From Candidatus Poribacteria bacterium (lineage in GTDB: Bacteria; Poribacteria; WGA-4E; GCA-2687025), in assembly GCA_026004875.1 (NCBI GenBank), contig BPJZ01000008.1:49253-113252 (forward strand): DNA of 64,000 bases, written 5' to 3'. Below the pieces are notes generated by a model. It did not search any database. It saw only the letters and a list, made by a program, of their open reading frames with translations, and had not been told where the DNA came from. The translations under genes and the position numbers were made by a program. Below, piece by piece: positions 41,028 through 51,036 of this stretch (positions within the stretch are counted from its first letter, which is position 1; every line of letters starts with the position of its first letter).

Positions 41028-42388
41028 CGCTCCAGCTTCCGGTAGAGCGTTCGGAGTCCAATTCCCAACAGCTGAGCGGCTCGGGTTTTGTTCCAGCCGG
41101 TTGCCTCGAGGGTGCGGAGGATCGCCTCGCGCTCGATCTCGTCCATGCTCATCCCGACGGGGAAGCGTACCCCTTGGTTCTCAAAGTTATCCTCCCGTTG
41201 AATCTCCTCCGGCAGGTCTTCTCGTCGGATCGTTTCCCCCTCGATGTTCAGCACCAGGTAGGAGATCAGGTTGCGCAGCTCCCGAACGTTCCCCGGCCAA
41301 TGGTACCGCTGAAGGGCCTCTAACGCGGCGGGCTCCAGGTGCTTGAGCGGCGTTCCGTACTCCCTGCAGGCCTCGCGCAGGAAGTGGGCCACCAACAGCG
41401 GGATGTCCTCCTTTCGCTCGCGAAGGGGTGGCAGCTCAATCGGAAAGACCTTGAGCCGATGGTAGAGGTCCTCCCGAAAGCGGCCCTCACGGACGGCCTC
41501 CTCGAGGTCTCGGTTGGTGGCCGCCAAGATGCGCACGTCCACGGCGATCGGTCGGGTCCCGCCGACCCGGTAGATCTCCTTCTCTTCCAGGACGCGCAAC
41601 AGCTTCGCCTGGGCTTCCAGGGTCATCTCTCCGATCTCGTCTAACAGGAGCGTTCCACCGTTGGCCTCTTCAAAATAACCGGGCTTGTCCCGAACCGCAC
41701 CGGTGAACGCCCCGCGGACGTAACCGAACAACTCGCTTTCGACCAGCTCGCGAGTCACGGCGGCGCAGTTGAAGGCCAGGAACCGGCGATTGCGTCGAGG
41801 GCTGAGGTTGTGAATCGCCCGGGCCACCAGCTCCTTACCGGTGCCGCTCTCCCCGAGGATCAGAACGGTGGCGTTGGTCGGTGCCACCCGTCGAATCTTC
41901 CGGAAGACCTCCTGCATCTTCGGCGAGCGGCCGATGATGTTCTCCAGGCCGACCAGGTCGTCAAGCTGCTCTCGGAGCGCCCGGTTCTGAGCGGCCAGGT
42001 CGTGCTTTTCGAGGGCCTTCCGAACCCGAACGCGTGTCGTCTGAACGTCCAACGGCTTCTGGAGGAAGTCGGCGGCCCCCGCCTGCATCGCCTCGACCGC
42101 CTCCTCGATCGAGCCGTAGCCGGTGATCACCACCACTTGGACGTCGGGACGCACCTCCTTCGCCCGTCGGAGCAGCTCTTGGCCATCCATGCCGGGCATC
42201 TTAAGGTCGGTGAGCAGGACGGCTACCTCCTCGTCCTCCAGCACCTGAAGGGCTTCCTCGCCGTTGGCCGCTGTCCGGACCCGAACCGGCTCGCGACGGA
42301 AGATGCGGGCGATCTGTTCCCGCTCGGCGGGGTCGTCGTCCACCACCAGCACCAACGGACGCTGCTCGACGGCCTGCGAAACGCTCAT
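40973..42388 (-). CDS. Sigma-54-dependent response regulator (NtrC family)
   Basis: Receiver domain (LVVDDDP...DLKMPGMDG). AAA+ domain with GESGTGKELVARAIH and the GAFTGA loop (RGAFTGAV). C-terminal Fis-type HTH. Confidence 0.9.
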   Translation of the reverse strand: MSVSQAVEQRPLVLVVDDDPAEREQIARIFRREPVRVRTAANGEEALQVLEDEEVAVLLTDLKMPGMDGQELLRRAKEVRPDVQVVVITGYGSIEEAVEAMQAGAADFLQKPLDVQTTRVRVRKALEKHDLAAQNRALREQLDDLVGLENIIGRSPKMQEVFRKIRRVAPTNATVLILGESGTGKELVARAIHNLSPRRNRRFLAFNCAAVTRELVESELFGYVRGAFTGAVRDKPGYFEEANGGTLLLDEIGEMTLEAQAKLLRVLEEKEIYRVGGTRPIAVDVRILAATNRDLEEAVREGRFREDLYHRLKVFPIELPPLRERKEDIPLLVAHFLREACREYGTPLKHLEPAALEALQRYHWPGNVRELRNLISYLVLNIEGETIRREDLPEEIQREDNFENQGVRFPVGMSMDEIEREAILRTLEATGWNKTRAAQLLGIGLRTLYRKLERYGISGPSESEGSKEESE

Positions 42389-43167
42389 CCGCTCGCCTTC
42401 CCAGTGGGGAGCTGGATTCGAAACTCGGCCCCCGCTCCCGGTTGGCTCCTCACCTGAATCGTCCCGTCGTGCAGGTCTACTACCTGCTTGACGACGGCCA
42501 ACCCTAGACCGGTTCCCTCCGGCTTGGTCGAAAAGAACGGCTCGAAGATGCGCTCCTGCATCTGGGGCGGAATTCCGGGTCCGGTGTCTCTCAAACGAAC
42601 TTCGACCCGATCCCCCTGAGGGAGGAGCTCCACGGTCAACGTTCCTCCCTTCTCCTCCATCGCCTGAAAGGCGTTCAAGATCAGGTTCAAAAAGGCCTGC
42701 CGTAACAGCGCCGGGTCGGCCAGAACCGGAGATGACGGCTGTAGCCGCTTCTCGATGCGAATGCCGTGCTGTTCCGCTTCCGGCTCAACGAACTCTAACA
42801 GCTCTTCCAGCAGGGGGGCCAGCAGAACGGGACGCTTTTCTGCGACGCCCAGCCGCGCGAATCGGTGGAAGTCCTCGACGATCCGCTCGAGTCGGTTCAA
42901 CTCGGCGCGGAGCCGCCGCACCTCCTCGAGCAGCTCGTCGGGAGAGAGCTCCTCGCCCGCTTGAAGCTCCTCTTCCAGCAGCTGCAGCCGGATGCTCAGC
43001 GTGTTCAGCGGGTTCCGGATCTCGTGGGCCAGCCCCCGCGCTAGATTCCGCATGGACATCGTTCGCAACGGCTGCGCCTGCCGCACGCGCCTCCAGGCGC
43101 CCCGCACGCCGAAGCCGACCCCTAAGCCAACGGCCAACCCGATCAAACCACCCCAAAGCCATTCCAC
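42385..43167 (-). CDS. Minimal membrane-anchored sensor histidine kinase
   Basis: One N-terminal TM helix. H-box LAHEIRNPLNTL. HATPase_c G-boxes (DTGPGI, GTGLGL). Overlaps the regulator start. Confidence 0.85.
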   Translation of the reverse strand: MEWLWGGLIGLAVGLGVGFGVRGAWRRVRQAQPLRTMSMRNLARGLAHEIRNPLNTLSIRLQLLEEELQAGEELSPDELLEEVRRLRAELNRLERIVEDFHRFARLGVAEKRPVLLAPLLEELLEFVEPEAEQHGIRIEKRLQPSSPVLADPALLRQAFLNLILNAFQAMEEKGGTLTVELLPQGDRVEVRLRDTGPGIPPQMQERIFEPFFSTKPEGTGLGLAVVKQVVDLHDGTIQVRSQPGAGAEFRIQLPTGKASG

Positions 43168-43180
43168 AAAGCTTCCTCGG

Positions 43181-44048
43181 TCAGTCCAACAGCGCTGCCC
43201 GCGGCCGCAGCATCATCATGATTGGACTGGCAATGTAGATCGAAGAATAGGTCCCCACGATGATCCCAAAAGTCAACGCCAGCGAAAACGTCCGCAGCTC
43301 CCCAGGGCCGGAAACCGCCAAGATCATCAGCACGACAAAGAGCGTGGTCAGCGAGGTCAGCAGCGTCCGGGGTGAGCATCTGAGTGATGCTCGTGTTGAC
43401 CAAGGCCACCAAGGGCATATCCCGTAACAACCGTTGGTTCTCTCGAATCCGGTCGAAGACGACGATCGTATCGTTCACCGAGTACCCCACGACCGTCAGG
43501 AACGCCGCTAGCGTCGGAAGGTTAATCTCTAAACCGAAAGCAGCAAACAGACCCAGCGTGATCATTACGTCGTGGACCAACGCCACAACCGCTCCGACGG
43601 CAAAGCGCCAGTGAAACCGCAGCGAAATGTAAAGCAGCAGCAGGCCCAGCGAAAGCACGATCATGATCACCCCTCGCCGCTGGAGGTCCTGGCCGACGTT
43701 AGCCCCTACCTCAGTAATCGAGAAGTCCTCCAGCGGAAACCGCTCGCCTAAGAGCTGTACGATCCGCTGACCGGTGCCCGCCTCCTCGACGGTCGTGTCG
43801 ATGAGAAACTCGTTCCCCGGCGCGGTGACCACCTTTGCCGAGCTGAAACCGGCCTCGGCCAGCGCCGAACGCACCGCCTCTGCGGAAACCGACTCCGAGA
43901 ACTTAACGACCAAATGCACGCCGCCCTGAAAGTCGATCCCAAGGTTCAGGCCTCGGAAGGCCATCAGGCCGATCCCCAAAAGGATCAGCGCCGCCGAAAG
44001 CGCAAAGCAGATCCGTCGAGCCCCCATGAAGTTGATGACACGATCCAC
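43181..44048 (-). CDS. secF: Protein translocase subunit SecF, one frameshift near the 3' end
   Basis: GIDFQGG...; TM bundle. After a G4 run (43369-43372) the correct reading continues in another frame as RTLLTSLTTLFVVLMILAVSGPGELRTFSLALTFGIIVGTYSSIYIASP, until TGA at 43183-43181. Confidence 0.85.
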
Positions 44049-44072
44049 GCCGATCCTCCCTCGTTCCCGTTC

Positions 44073-46043
44073 CTATCGCCGTCCGCCGCCAAAGAGCGGG
44101 TAGATCGGCAACGTCTTGTCCCGTCGCCCTTCGTAGAGCCGGAAGAACTCACGCGTGACGAACAGCGCGGTGAACATGCTGGTGATAATCCCAACGCTCA
44201 GCGTAACGCCAAACCCCCGCACCGGCCCGGTTCCAAATTGGATCAACACCAACGCCGTTAGGATGGTCGTCAGGTTGGCGTCAAAGATGGTCCAGAAGAC
44301 CCGCCCGTATCCGGCGTTGATCGCTGAGGTGACCGACTTTCCGCTCCGTAGCTCCTCTTTGATCCGTTCGTTGATCAGCACGTTGGCGTCCACGGCCATG
44401 CCGATCGTCAAGACTAAGCCGGCGATGCCGGGGAGTGTCAGCGTTGCGCCAAACATCGCCAGCGCCGCAAGGATAAAGAGCCCGTTCAAGAGCAGGGCCA
44501 CCGTCGCAAAGACGCCTCCCATCCGGTAGTAGAAGATCATAAAGAGCAGCACGAGCACCATTCCTAGCGCGGCGGCCTGCGCGCCGTGACGGATCGCTTC
44601 ACGGCCCAGGCTGGGGCCGACCGTCCGCTCCTCAGCAATCTTGACACCAACGGGGAAGGCCCCAGCCCGGAGGATGCGGGCCAGATCGTGGGCCTCCTGT
44701 TCGGTGAAGTTCCCGCGGATAATCGCCTCGCCGCCCAGGATCGGCTCGTCAATGCGTGGATAGGAGACGACGACGTTGTCCAAGACGATCGCCAGCGATT
44801 CGCCGACGTGTTCGGCGGTCGCCTTACCAAAGGCGCGGCGGCCGTTGGCGTTAAACTTGATCGCAACCACAATGTCGGCAAAGTAGCGCTGTGTCGTCGC
44901 TCGGACCAGATCGGTTCCCGTCACGACCGGCGTTCGCTCGACGACCAACCAACGCCCCTCCCGGTCAAAGAGGACCTCCGCGTCGGAGGGAATCTGATCC
45001 GGAGTGGGCGGCTCGCCGGTTCCCACCCAGGGGCTGCCGCCCCGTTGCTTGACGAGTCGGAACTCCAGGCGGCCCATCGTCTTGACGACGTTGGCCGCCG
45101 CTGAGGAGTCTCGCGCTCCGGGCAACTGAACGATGATCCGAGGGCGATTCGGCTCCCGGCGGATGTCCGGCTCGGCGACGCCGAAGGCGTCTACGCGGTT
45201 ACGGAGCACCTCCAGCACCTGGGCAACGGCCTGCTCCTGTTGTTCTTCCAACCGACTCGGATCGAGCCGGAGCCGATAGAGGACCAACCCCTCTGCGTTC
45301 GGCTGGCCGTTGTTGATCGGCTCCCACTGGACCGTCTCCAGGCCGTCAAAATAGGCCTCTGTGTCGGCCTTCCGGGTGTCTCCCGGTTGACCCCACTCGG
45401 GGTTTGGCTTGATCACCACGATCAGGCTGTCGCCCTCTGAGCGCACTTCGCGGCAGTTCACCCGGTACCGCTCCCGGAGGTCGCTCCGGATGTTTCGTTG
45501 GAGCTCCTCGGCCAGCTGACGCTGGGCCTCCTCCATGTCCAGCTCTAAGACCAGGTAGACGCCGCCCTTTAGGTCCAGCCCCAACTGGATGCGGCTCTCG
45601 GGAAAGATAGACCCTCGCGCCCAGAGCGGAAGCTTTCCGTAAAGATGCATCGCTTCCAGCGCCTGCGCCGGCGGATACTCCTCGAGATTCTCCCATTTCA
45701 TGGTGAGCTTCGATTGGACGTGCCGGGCGTCTTCCAGCGGTGAGGGCGAACCGTTAATCGTCACACCTTTCAGGCCGATCGCTTCTGCTCGCTGCCGGAG
45801 CACCGTGGCCAGCTGCCGAAAGGCCCGATTGAGCTCAGCCGCCGTCCGGATGCCGCTCAACTCAAACTCCAAACCGTCCTCGAGAACGATCGGCTTCTCA
45901 ACGCGGCGGGTGTCCTGGAGCTCCCGTGGCAGGTAGCCGAACATCGGTTCGTAAAACCCCGGCAAGCTCGGCAACAGATAGGCTATCGCCACCAACACCA
46001 AAAAAACGATCAGCGCAACACGCCACCACCGTACCCGTTGCAT
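44073..46043 (-). CDS. secD: Protein translocase subunit SecD
   Basis: 656 aa. LGLDLKGGV, a large periplasmic domain, and the C-terminal TM bundle LTLPGIAGLVLTIGMAVDANVLINERIKEE. Confidence 0.95.
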   Translation of the reverse strand: MQRVRWWRVALIVFLVLVAIAYLLPSLPGFYEPMFGYLPRELQDTRRVEKPIVLEDGLEFELSGIRTAAELNRAFRQLATVLRQRAEAIGLKGVTINGSPSPLEDARHVQSKLTMKWENLEEYPPAQALEAMHLYGKLPLWARGSIFPESRIQLGLDLKGGVYLVLELDMEEAQRQLAEELQRNIRSDLRERYRVNCREVRSEGDSLIVVIKPNPEWGQPGDTRKADTEAYFDGLETVQWEPINNGQPNAEGLVLYRLRLDPSRLEEQQEQAVAQVLEVLRNRVDAFGVAEPDIRREPNRPRIIVQLPGARDSSAAANVVKTMGRLEFRLVKQRGGSPWVGTGEPPTPDQIPSDAEVLFDREGRWLVVERTPVVTGTDLVRATTQRYFADIVVAIKFNANGRRAFGKATAEHVGESLAIVLDNVVVSYPRIDEPILGGEAIIRGNFTEQEAHDLARILRAGAFPVGVKIAEERTVGPSLGREAIRHGAQAAALGMVLVLLFMIFYYRMGGVFATVALLLNGLFILAALAMFGATLTLPGIAGLVLTIGMAVDANVLINERIKEELRSGKSVTSAINAGYGRVFWTIFDANLTTILTALVLIQFGTGPVRGFGVTLSVGIITSMFTALFVTREFFRLYEGRRDKTLPIYPLFGGGRR

Positions 46044-46200
46044 CTTTGGTGTTCCCTAAAATCGGTCTGTAGCCTGGAACCTTCGTTTCGCTTCGACGCG
46101 CCCCGTGCTCGAATCACAAAAACGGCACGGAGTGTACGGTAAACGGTAGCGCGCTGGGAAGTCAAGTATTTGTCCAGGCGCAACAGGTGACAACTCTCCC

Positions 46201-46229
46201 TTGTCTTCCCGCTCGAACCGCTTTAGAAT
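46201..46229 (+). promoter_or_regulatory. Promoter of the HEAT-repeat gene
   Basis: TTGTCT (46201-46206), 17-nt spacer, TAGAAT (46224-46229). AGGAGG lies 7 nt before the ATG at 46275. Confidence 0.5.
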
Positions 46230-46274
46230 GCGGCTCCACCGATCAAAGAAGGAAACAACTCAGGAGGGGTTCGC

Positions 46275-46815
46275 ATGAGTTCGGTTATCGAGCAGTCGGC
46301 GCGGGAGCGCGCCCGTGAGCTGGCCGCTCGCGGCGCAGTTGACGAACTGACCGGGATGCTCTGCTCCCAAGACTGGCGCGAGCGGCAGGAGGCGGCCTTT
46401 GCCCTCAGCCAGATGGGCTCCGTAGTCGTCGAGCCGATGATTCGGGTTCTTGGCAACCGAGAGCTGAGCTGGGAAGCGCGAGGCCACGCCGCTTGGGTAC
46501 TCCGGCACGTCGGGGGACCCCTCCGCTCGTCCGGCGCTCCTTGAGGCGCTCGCCGACGAGGACGGCCACGTCCGAGGCTACGCGGCCTACGCCCTCGGCC
46601 GGATCGGCGATCGCTCCTGCGTCTCGGCGCTGATCGAGGCCTATCATCGAGACGACCAGAACTACTGCCACTGCCGACACTGGATTGTAACCGCCCTAGG
46701 AGAGATCGGAGACCCCGCCGCTGAGGAGTTCTTGAAGACCGTTGCCGAGTCGGACCCGGACGGCGGCGTTCGCCTCTCTGCCCAACGTGCCCTCAGGGCG
46801 ATCGAGGAGGCTTAA
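46275..46815 (+). CDS. HEAT-repeat (PBS lyase-like) protein, one frameshift
   Basis: Repeats of the type D..VR..AA.ALG.IGD. The frame changes at a G5 run (46512-46516) and continues as PSARPALLEALADEDGHVRGYAAYALGRIGD, to TAA at 46813-46815. Confidence 0.7.
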
Positions 46816-47928
46816 AGCCATCGTCGGCGGCGGAACCAGAGCAGCAACCCAAGCGCGATCGCCGTCATCACGCCAAGCGCGATCGGATAGCCGTTAGTAC
46901 CAGTTCAGCTCCGGCATGTTCCACGGCGAAACGTCCGGGTTGAAGTTCATCCCGTAGATGCCAGCAATGAAGCTCAGCGGGATGAAGATCGTCGCGATGA
47001 TGGTCAGCACCTTCATCACTTCGTTCATCCGGTAGCTGACCATCGAGAGCGCAAAGTTCATCAGTGCGGAGGCCACGTCGCGGGCGTACTCGATCATATC
47101 AATCGTCCGCTTGACGTGGTCCTCGAGGTCCCGCCAGTAGACATAAGTTGAGGCGTCCAGATACGGCGACTCCTCGCCGAGGAAGCGTTCCAGCGCCACC
47201 GAAAAGGGGAGCAACGCGCGGCGGAGCGCTGCCAGGTCGCTCTGAAGTGCGTGAATCCGATAGATCAGTTCGTGGGTCGTCTCGTGAAGTACCTTCTCCT
47301 CGGTGGACTCCAAAAGGTCCGCGTAAAAGCCCAGTACGTCGGTGTAGCCCTCGATCACCGCGTCCAAGAGCGCGTAGACCAGGTAGTCCGTCGGACGGGT
47401 GCGAATCCGTCCGCGCCCCTCCAGAATCCGACGGCGTACCGGATCGAGCGGGTCGCCCGGCTCTTCCTGAAAGGTAATCACGACGTTCTTGAGGAGAAAG
47501 ACGCTTAGTTGCTCCGAACGCGGCTGAAGCTCCTCTCTGCCCTCCATGAACACCATCCGAAGCACAAAGTACAGATGGTTCGGATAGTCCTCAATCTTGG
47601 GGCGCTGACGGGTGTTAACCGTATCCTCCATCGCTAGCTGGTGGAGACCAAAGCGCTCCCCGATCGCTCGGATGCGCTCGACGTCCTGAAGGCCCACCAC
47701 GTTGATCCAGAGGATCGGGTACCGATCCGCGAGACGGTCCAGCTCGTCGAGGTCTTGGAGGTCGGCGAGCTGTTCCGCTCCGTCGGGGCCAAAGGCGACT
47801 AGTTGAACCGTCGTCGGGTGGGCGTCTGCATGGGCGATCAACGTTCCGGACGGCTCTGAGGGCGGCGTGCGATGGTGAAACGCCCAGCCGGGAACCAGCC
47901 GCCGCCACTGGTCGCGCAGCAGTCCCAT
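46812..47928 (-). CDS. corA: Magnesium/cobalt transporter CorA, one frameshift before the last TM helix
   Basis: YGMNF...MPELNW signature. An apparent 1-nt insertion near 46894-46896 creates TAA. The shifted frame gives YGYPIALGVMTAIALGLLLWFRRRRWL. Confidence 0.85.
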
Positions 47929-47931
47929 CGT

Positions 47932-48808
47932 CTATCGCTCCTCTCTTCGTGGGCGGCTCATCAGCTCTGCCCAGAACGAGGGGATCGGGCGGTTCATGTT
48001 GTCCTCAAACTCGCGCGGAGCGTCTTTGAGGAACTCGTAGAGCGCTTCAGTCAAGGGCAGGGGGAACCCTTGCTCCTGGGCCTCCGCCAGGAAGTACGGG
48101 AGCTCCGGGAACTTCACAAAGACCGTTCTGCCCTCCTGTACCTGTCGGGCGACGGCGGCAAACAGCGCTCTCCAGCCGCTCTCTCCCCCGACGCCTTGGA
48201 GGATCGGCTCGATCGGAACACCGGCCCGGACGCCAAAGGCCAGCGCTTCGAGATAAGCGGCCGCTCCCAAGCCCATCGCCAGTTGATTGACCCCCTTGAC
48301 CACCTGGCCGCTGCCGCTGGGGCCGCAGTAGACGACATGTTCCGGATCGCCGAGCGCGTAAAGAATCGGAAGGCAACGTTCAAAGATCTCCCGATCGCCC
48401 CCTGCAAAACATGTGAAGCGTGCCGGTTGCCGAGCCGTGCGGTCCGCCGCTGACCGGTACATCCAGGAGAGCGACGCCTCGCTCTGCAAAGGCCTTCGCC
48501 AACCGACGGGTCTCGCCAGCAACCGTTGTCCCCAGGTCGATCAGCACCTGTCCGCTCCGCATCAGGGGGAGGAGCTCCGTCTCGGCCACCTGGACAAAGA
48601 CCGCCGAGCTGGGAAGGCTGGTCATCACCACCTCGACCGCAGCGACCAGCTCGGCTACGTGCTGGGCTCCCCTCGCTCCGGCCTTCACGGCCGCCGCCAC
48701 CCGTTCGGGGCGCAGATCGTACGCCCAGACCGAGAACCCAGCTCGCAACAGCGTCGGCACCATCGCTCCGCCCATCTGTCCCAGTCCGATCATTCCCAAC
48801 CGTTCCAT
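47932..48808 (-). CDS. NAD(P)-dependent beta-hydroxyacid dehydrogenase family oxidoreductase, one frameshift
   Basis: MERLGMIGLGQMGGAM Rossmann motif and VSGGP. The frame breaks at a T4 run (plus-strand A4 at 48406-48409), then reads AGGDREIFERCLPIL...GSGQVVKGVNQ. Confidence 0.8.
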
Positions 48809-48958
48809 GATTTCCGTTTCCCTTCGGTTCCTTCTCTGAATTTGGGGCCATTGTGCCACGGAGGACAACAGGTTGACATCTCCGACGGGGTCTCCTCACC
48901 ATTGGAGACGGTGCCCTTTTCGGTCCAGAGAAGAAGAAAGGAGCATTTGCCCCAGGCC

Positions 48959-50876
48959 ATGCAGACGGCGGCCCAGAAGCCCCACCAGCCCAAGGAGGAT
49001 CTTACTTCGGTCCTTCGTTACCTCCTGCGCGTCCTCGCCTTTGGGTCGCTGCTCACCGTCCTGCTGGTCTACTGGATCGTTTCAGCGGAGAACCGGGTCG
49101 TCTGGGAGCTGACCGACTTTTCGTTCTTTCCGACGGTGCTCTTTGCTCTCTTCTTTTTGGTTCTCGCCAACCTCGGGCTCCGTCGCGTCCGTCCACGCTG
49201 GGCCTTCACCGACCAGGAGCTGGCGACCGTTTACGTCATGGTTTCGATCGCCACGGCGATGGCCGGGCACGACGTCATCCGCCAGCTGGTGCCGCTGATT
49301 GGAAACCCTTTTTGGTTCGCTACGCCAGAGAACGAATGGGCGGAGCTGTTTCACCACTACCTTCCCAGCTGGCTGACCGTCTCCGACCTGGACGTGCTCC
49401 GAGGCTACTATCAGGGCGGCGATTCCTTCTGGCAGCCGAAGGTCGTTCGCGCCTGGGCGATCCCTTTTGTCGCCTGGTCTGCGTTTGTGATCGCCGCGCT
49501 GGTGGTGATGCTCTGCTTGAACATCGTCCTTCGTAAGCAATGGATTCAATACGAGAAGCTGAACTACCCGATCGCCCAGATGCCGATTGAGGTGATCGGA
49601 CGGCCAGGAAACTTCTACGGCAACCCGCTGATGTGGGCCGGTTTTGGACTGGCTTTCCTTCTAGAGATCGCCGCAGGGCTCCACTATCTCTATCCCGCCT
49701 TTCCCTTCGTCCCGATGAAGTACAACCTGACCCCCTTCTTTCGGGAGAAGCCCTGGAACGCCGCCAGCACTGTGGCGATCTACGTTTACCCCTTTGCGAC
49801 GGGTTTAGGCTACCTGATGCCGCTGGACCTGTCGTTTTCGCTTTGGTTCTTCTACCTGTTTGGAAAGCTTCAACTGGTAAGCTTTGCTGCGATCGGCTGG
49901 CCGACGGGGAGCGCCTGGATGGGAGAGTTTCGCGGTGGCGCATGGCTCTCCATCGCGTTAGTTGCCCTTTGGACAAGCCGCCGGCACATCGGTCGCGTGC
50001 TGGCCGCTGCCTTAGGAATGGACCGCAGCGCCCAGGCCGAGCGAGACCCGGTCTACCGTTGGGCCCTGGTGGGGTTGGTCCTTGGAAGTCTGTTTATCTT
50101 TCTTTTCTGGTTGGCCGCTGGCATGTCTTGGTGGATGGTTCTCCTTTACTTTGGTCTCTACTTTTTGTTGGTTATCGCGATGACCCGAATGCGCGCCGAG
50201 CTGGGACCGCCCACCCATGAGCTACACGATATGCATCCGGATCGGATTCTGGTGACCTTCTTGGGGACCCGGCCGTTTGGAGCGCAGAATCTGACGTTGA
50301 CCCGTCTCAACTCCTGGCTCGCCTATGGGTACCGCTGCCATCCGGCGCCGCACCAGATGGAGGGCTTCAAGATCGGTTCCGTGCTGAACGTCCGCGACGG
50401 TCGGCTGATCGGGGCGATGCTGCTGGCTGGAGCCGTCGGAACGGTGGTCTCGATCGGGGCCCATATCGTGCTGTACTACCAGTACCGCTTCGCTCAGTGG
50501 GGGGTGGGGGAGTTCAACGTCCTGGCGAGCTGGATCAGCAATCCTCGTGGCCCCGATCTGATCAACATCTACCGAATTCTCGCCGGCTTTTCGTTTGCGA
50601 CCTTTTTAGCGGCGATGAAGCGACGGTTCCTCTGGTGGCCCTTCTATCCGGTCGGATACGCCGTCGGCGGCGGTTGGGCGATTGGGGTGGATGTGGTTTT
50701 CGATCTTTCTGGGCTGGGCAATTAAGCGGATCGTCTTCTCCTTTGGCGGGGTGGGAACCTACCGTCGGGCCTTGCCGTTCTTTCTGGGGATGATCTTTGG
50801 CCAGTTCCTGGCGGGAAGTCTCTGGAGCTTAATCGGTGTCCTGACCGATCGGAATATGTATACGCTGTTCCCCTGA
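48959..50876 (+). CDS. Large polytopic membrane protein of unknown function (about 12-14 TM helices), one frameshift
   Basis: Runs of hydrophobic helices throughout. The frame breaks at a G4 run (50684-50687) and continues as WMWFSIFLGWAIKRIVFSFGG...MYTLFP. The start could instead be TTG at 48947. Confidence 0.6.
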
Positions 50877-51036
50877 AGCTGTCGCCTCGCGGGATTGTGC
50901 AGATGAGTCGCTCTCCGAACGATCCCTTCCGGCTGCGTTCCGACGAACAGGGGATGGCCGCCGTTCTTGTTCGCCTTAGGGGAAGGTGCTACGCTTCCTT
51001 TCGGTTATTTTTTAGCTCTTGAGCGGAGAGGAGCGC

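Noticed and set aside
40973-46100. Sigma-54 (-24 TGGCAC / -12 TTGC) promoter near the NtrC-type regulator and neighbouring genes
   Set aside because: TGGCAC-like strings found by eye (for example 11366, 16826, 31217 and 48850 on the minus strand) lack a correctly spaced TTGC element or lie inside coding sequence.
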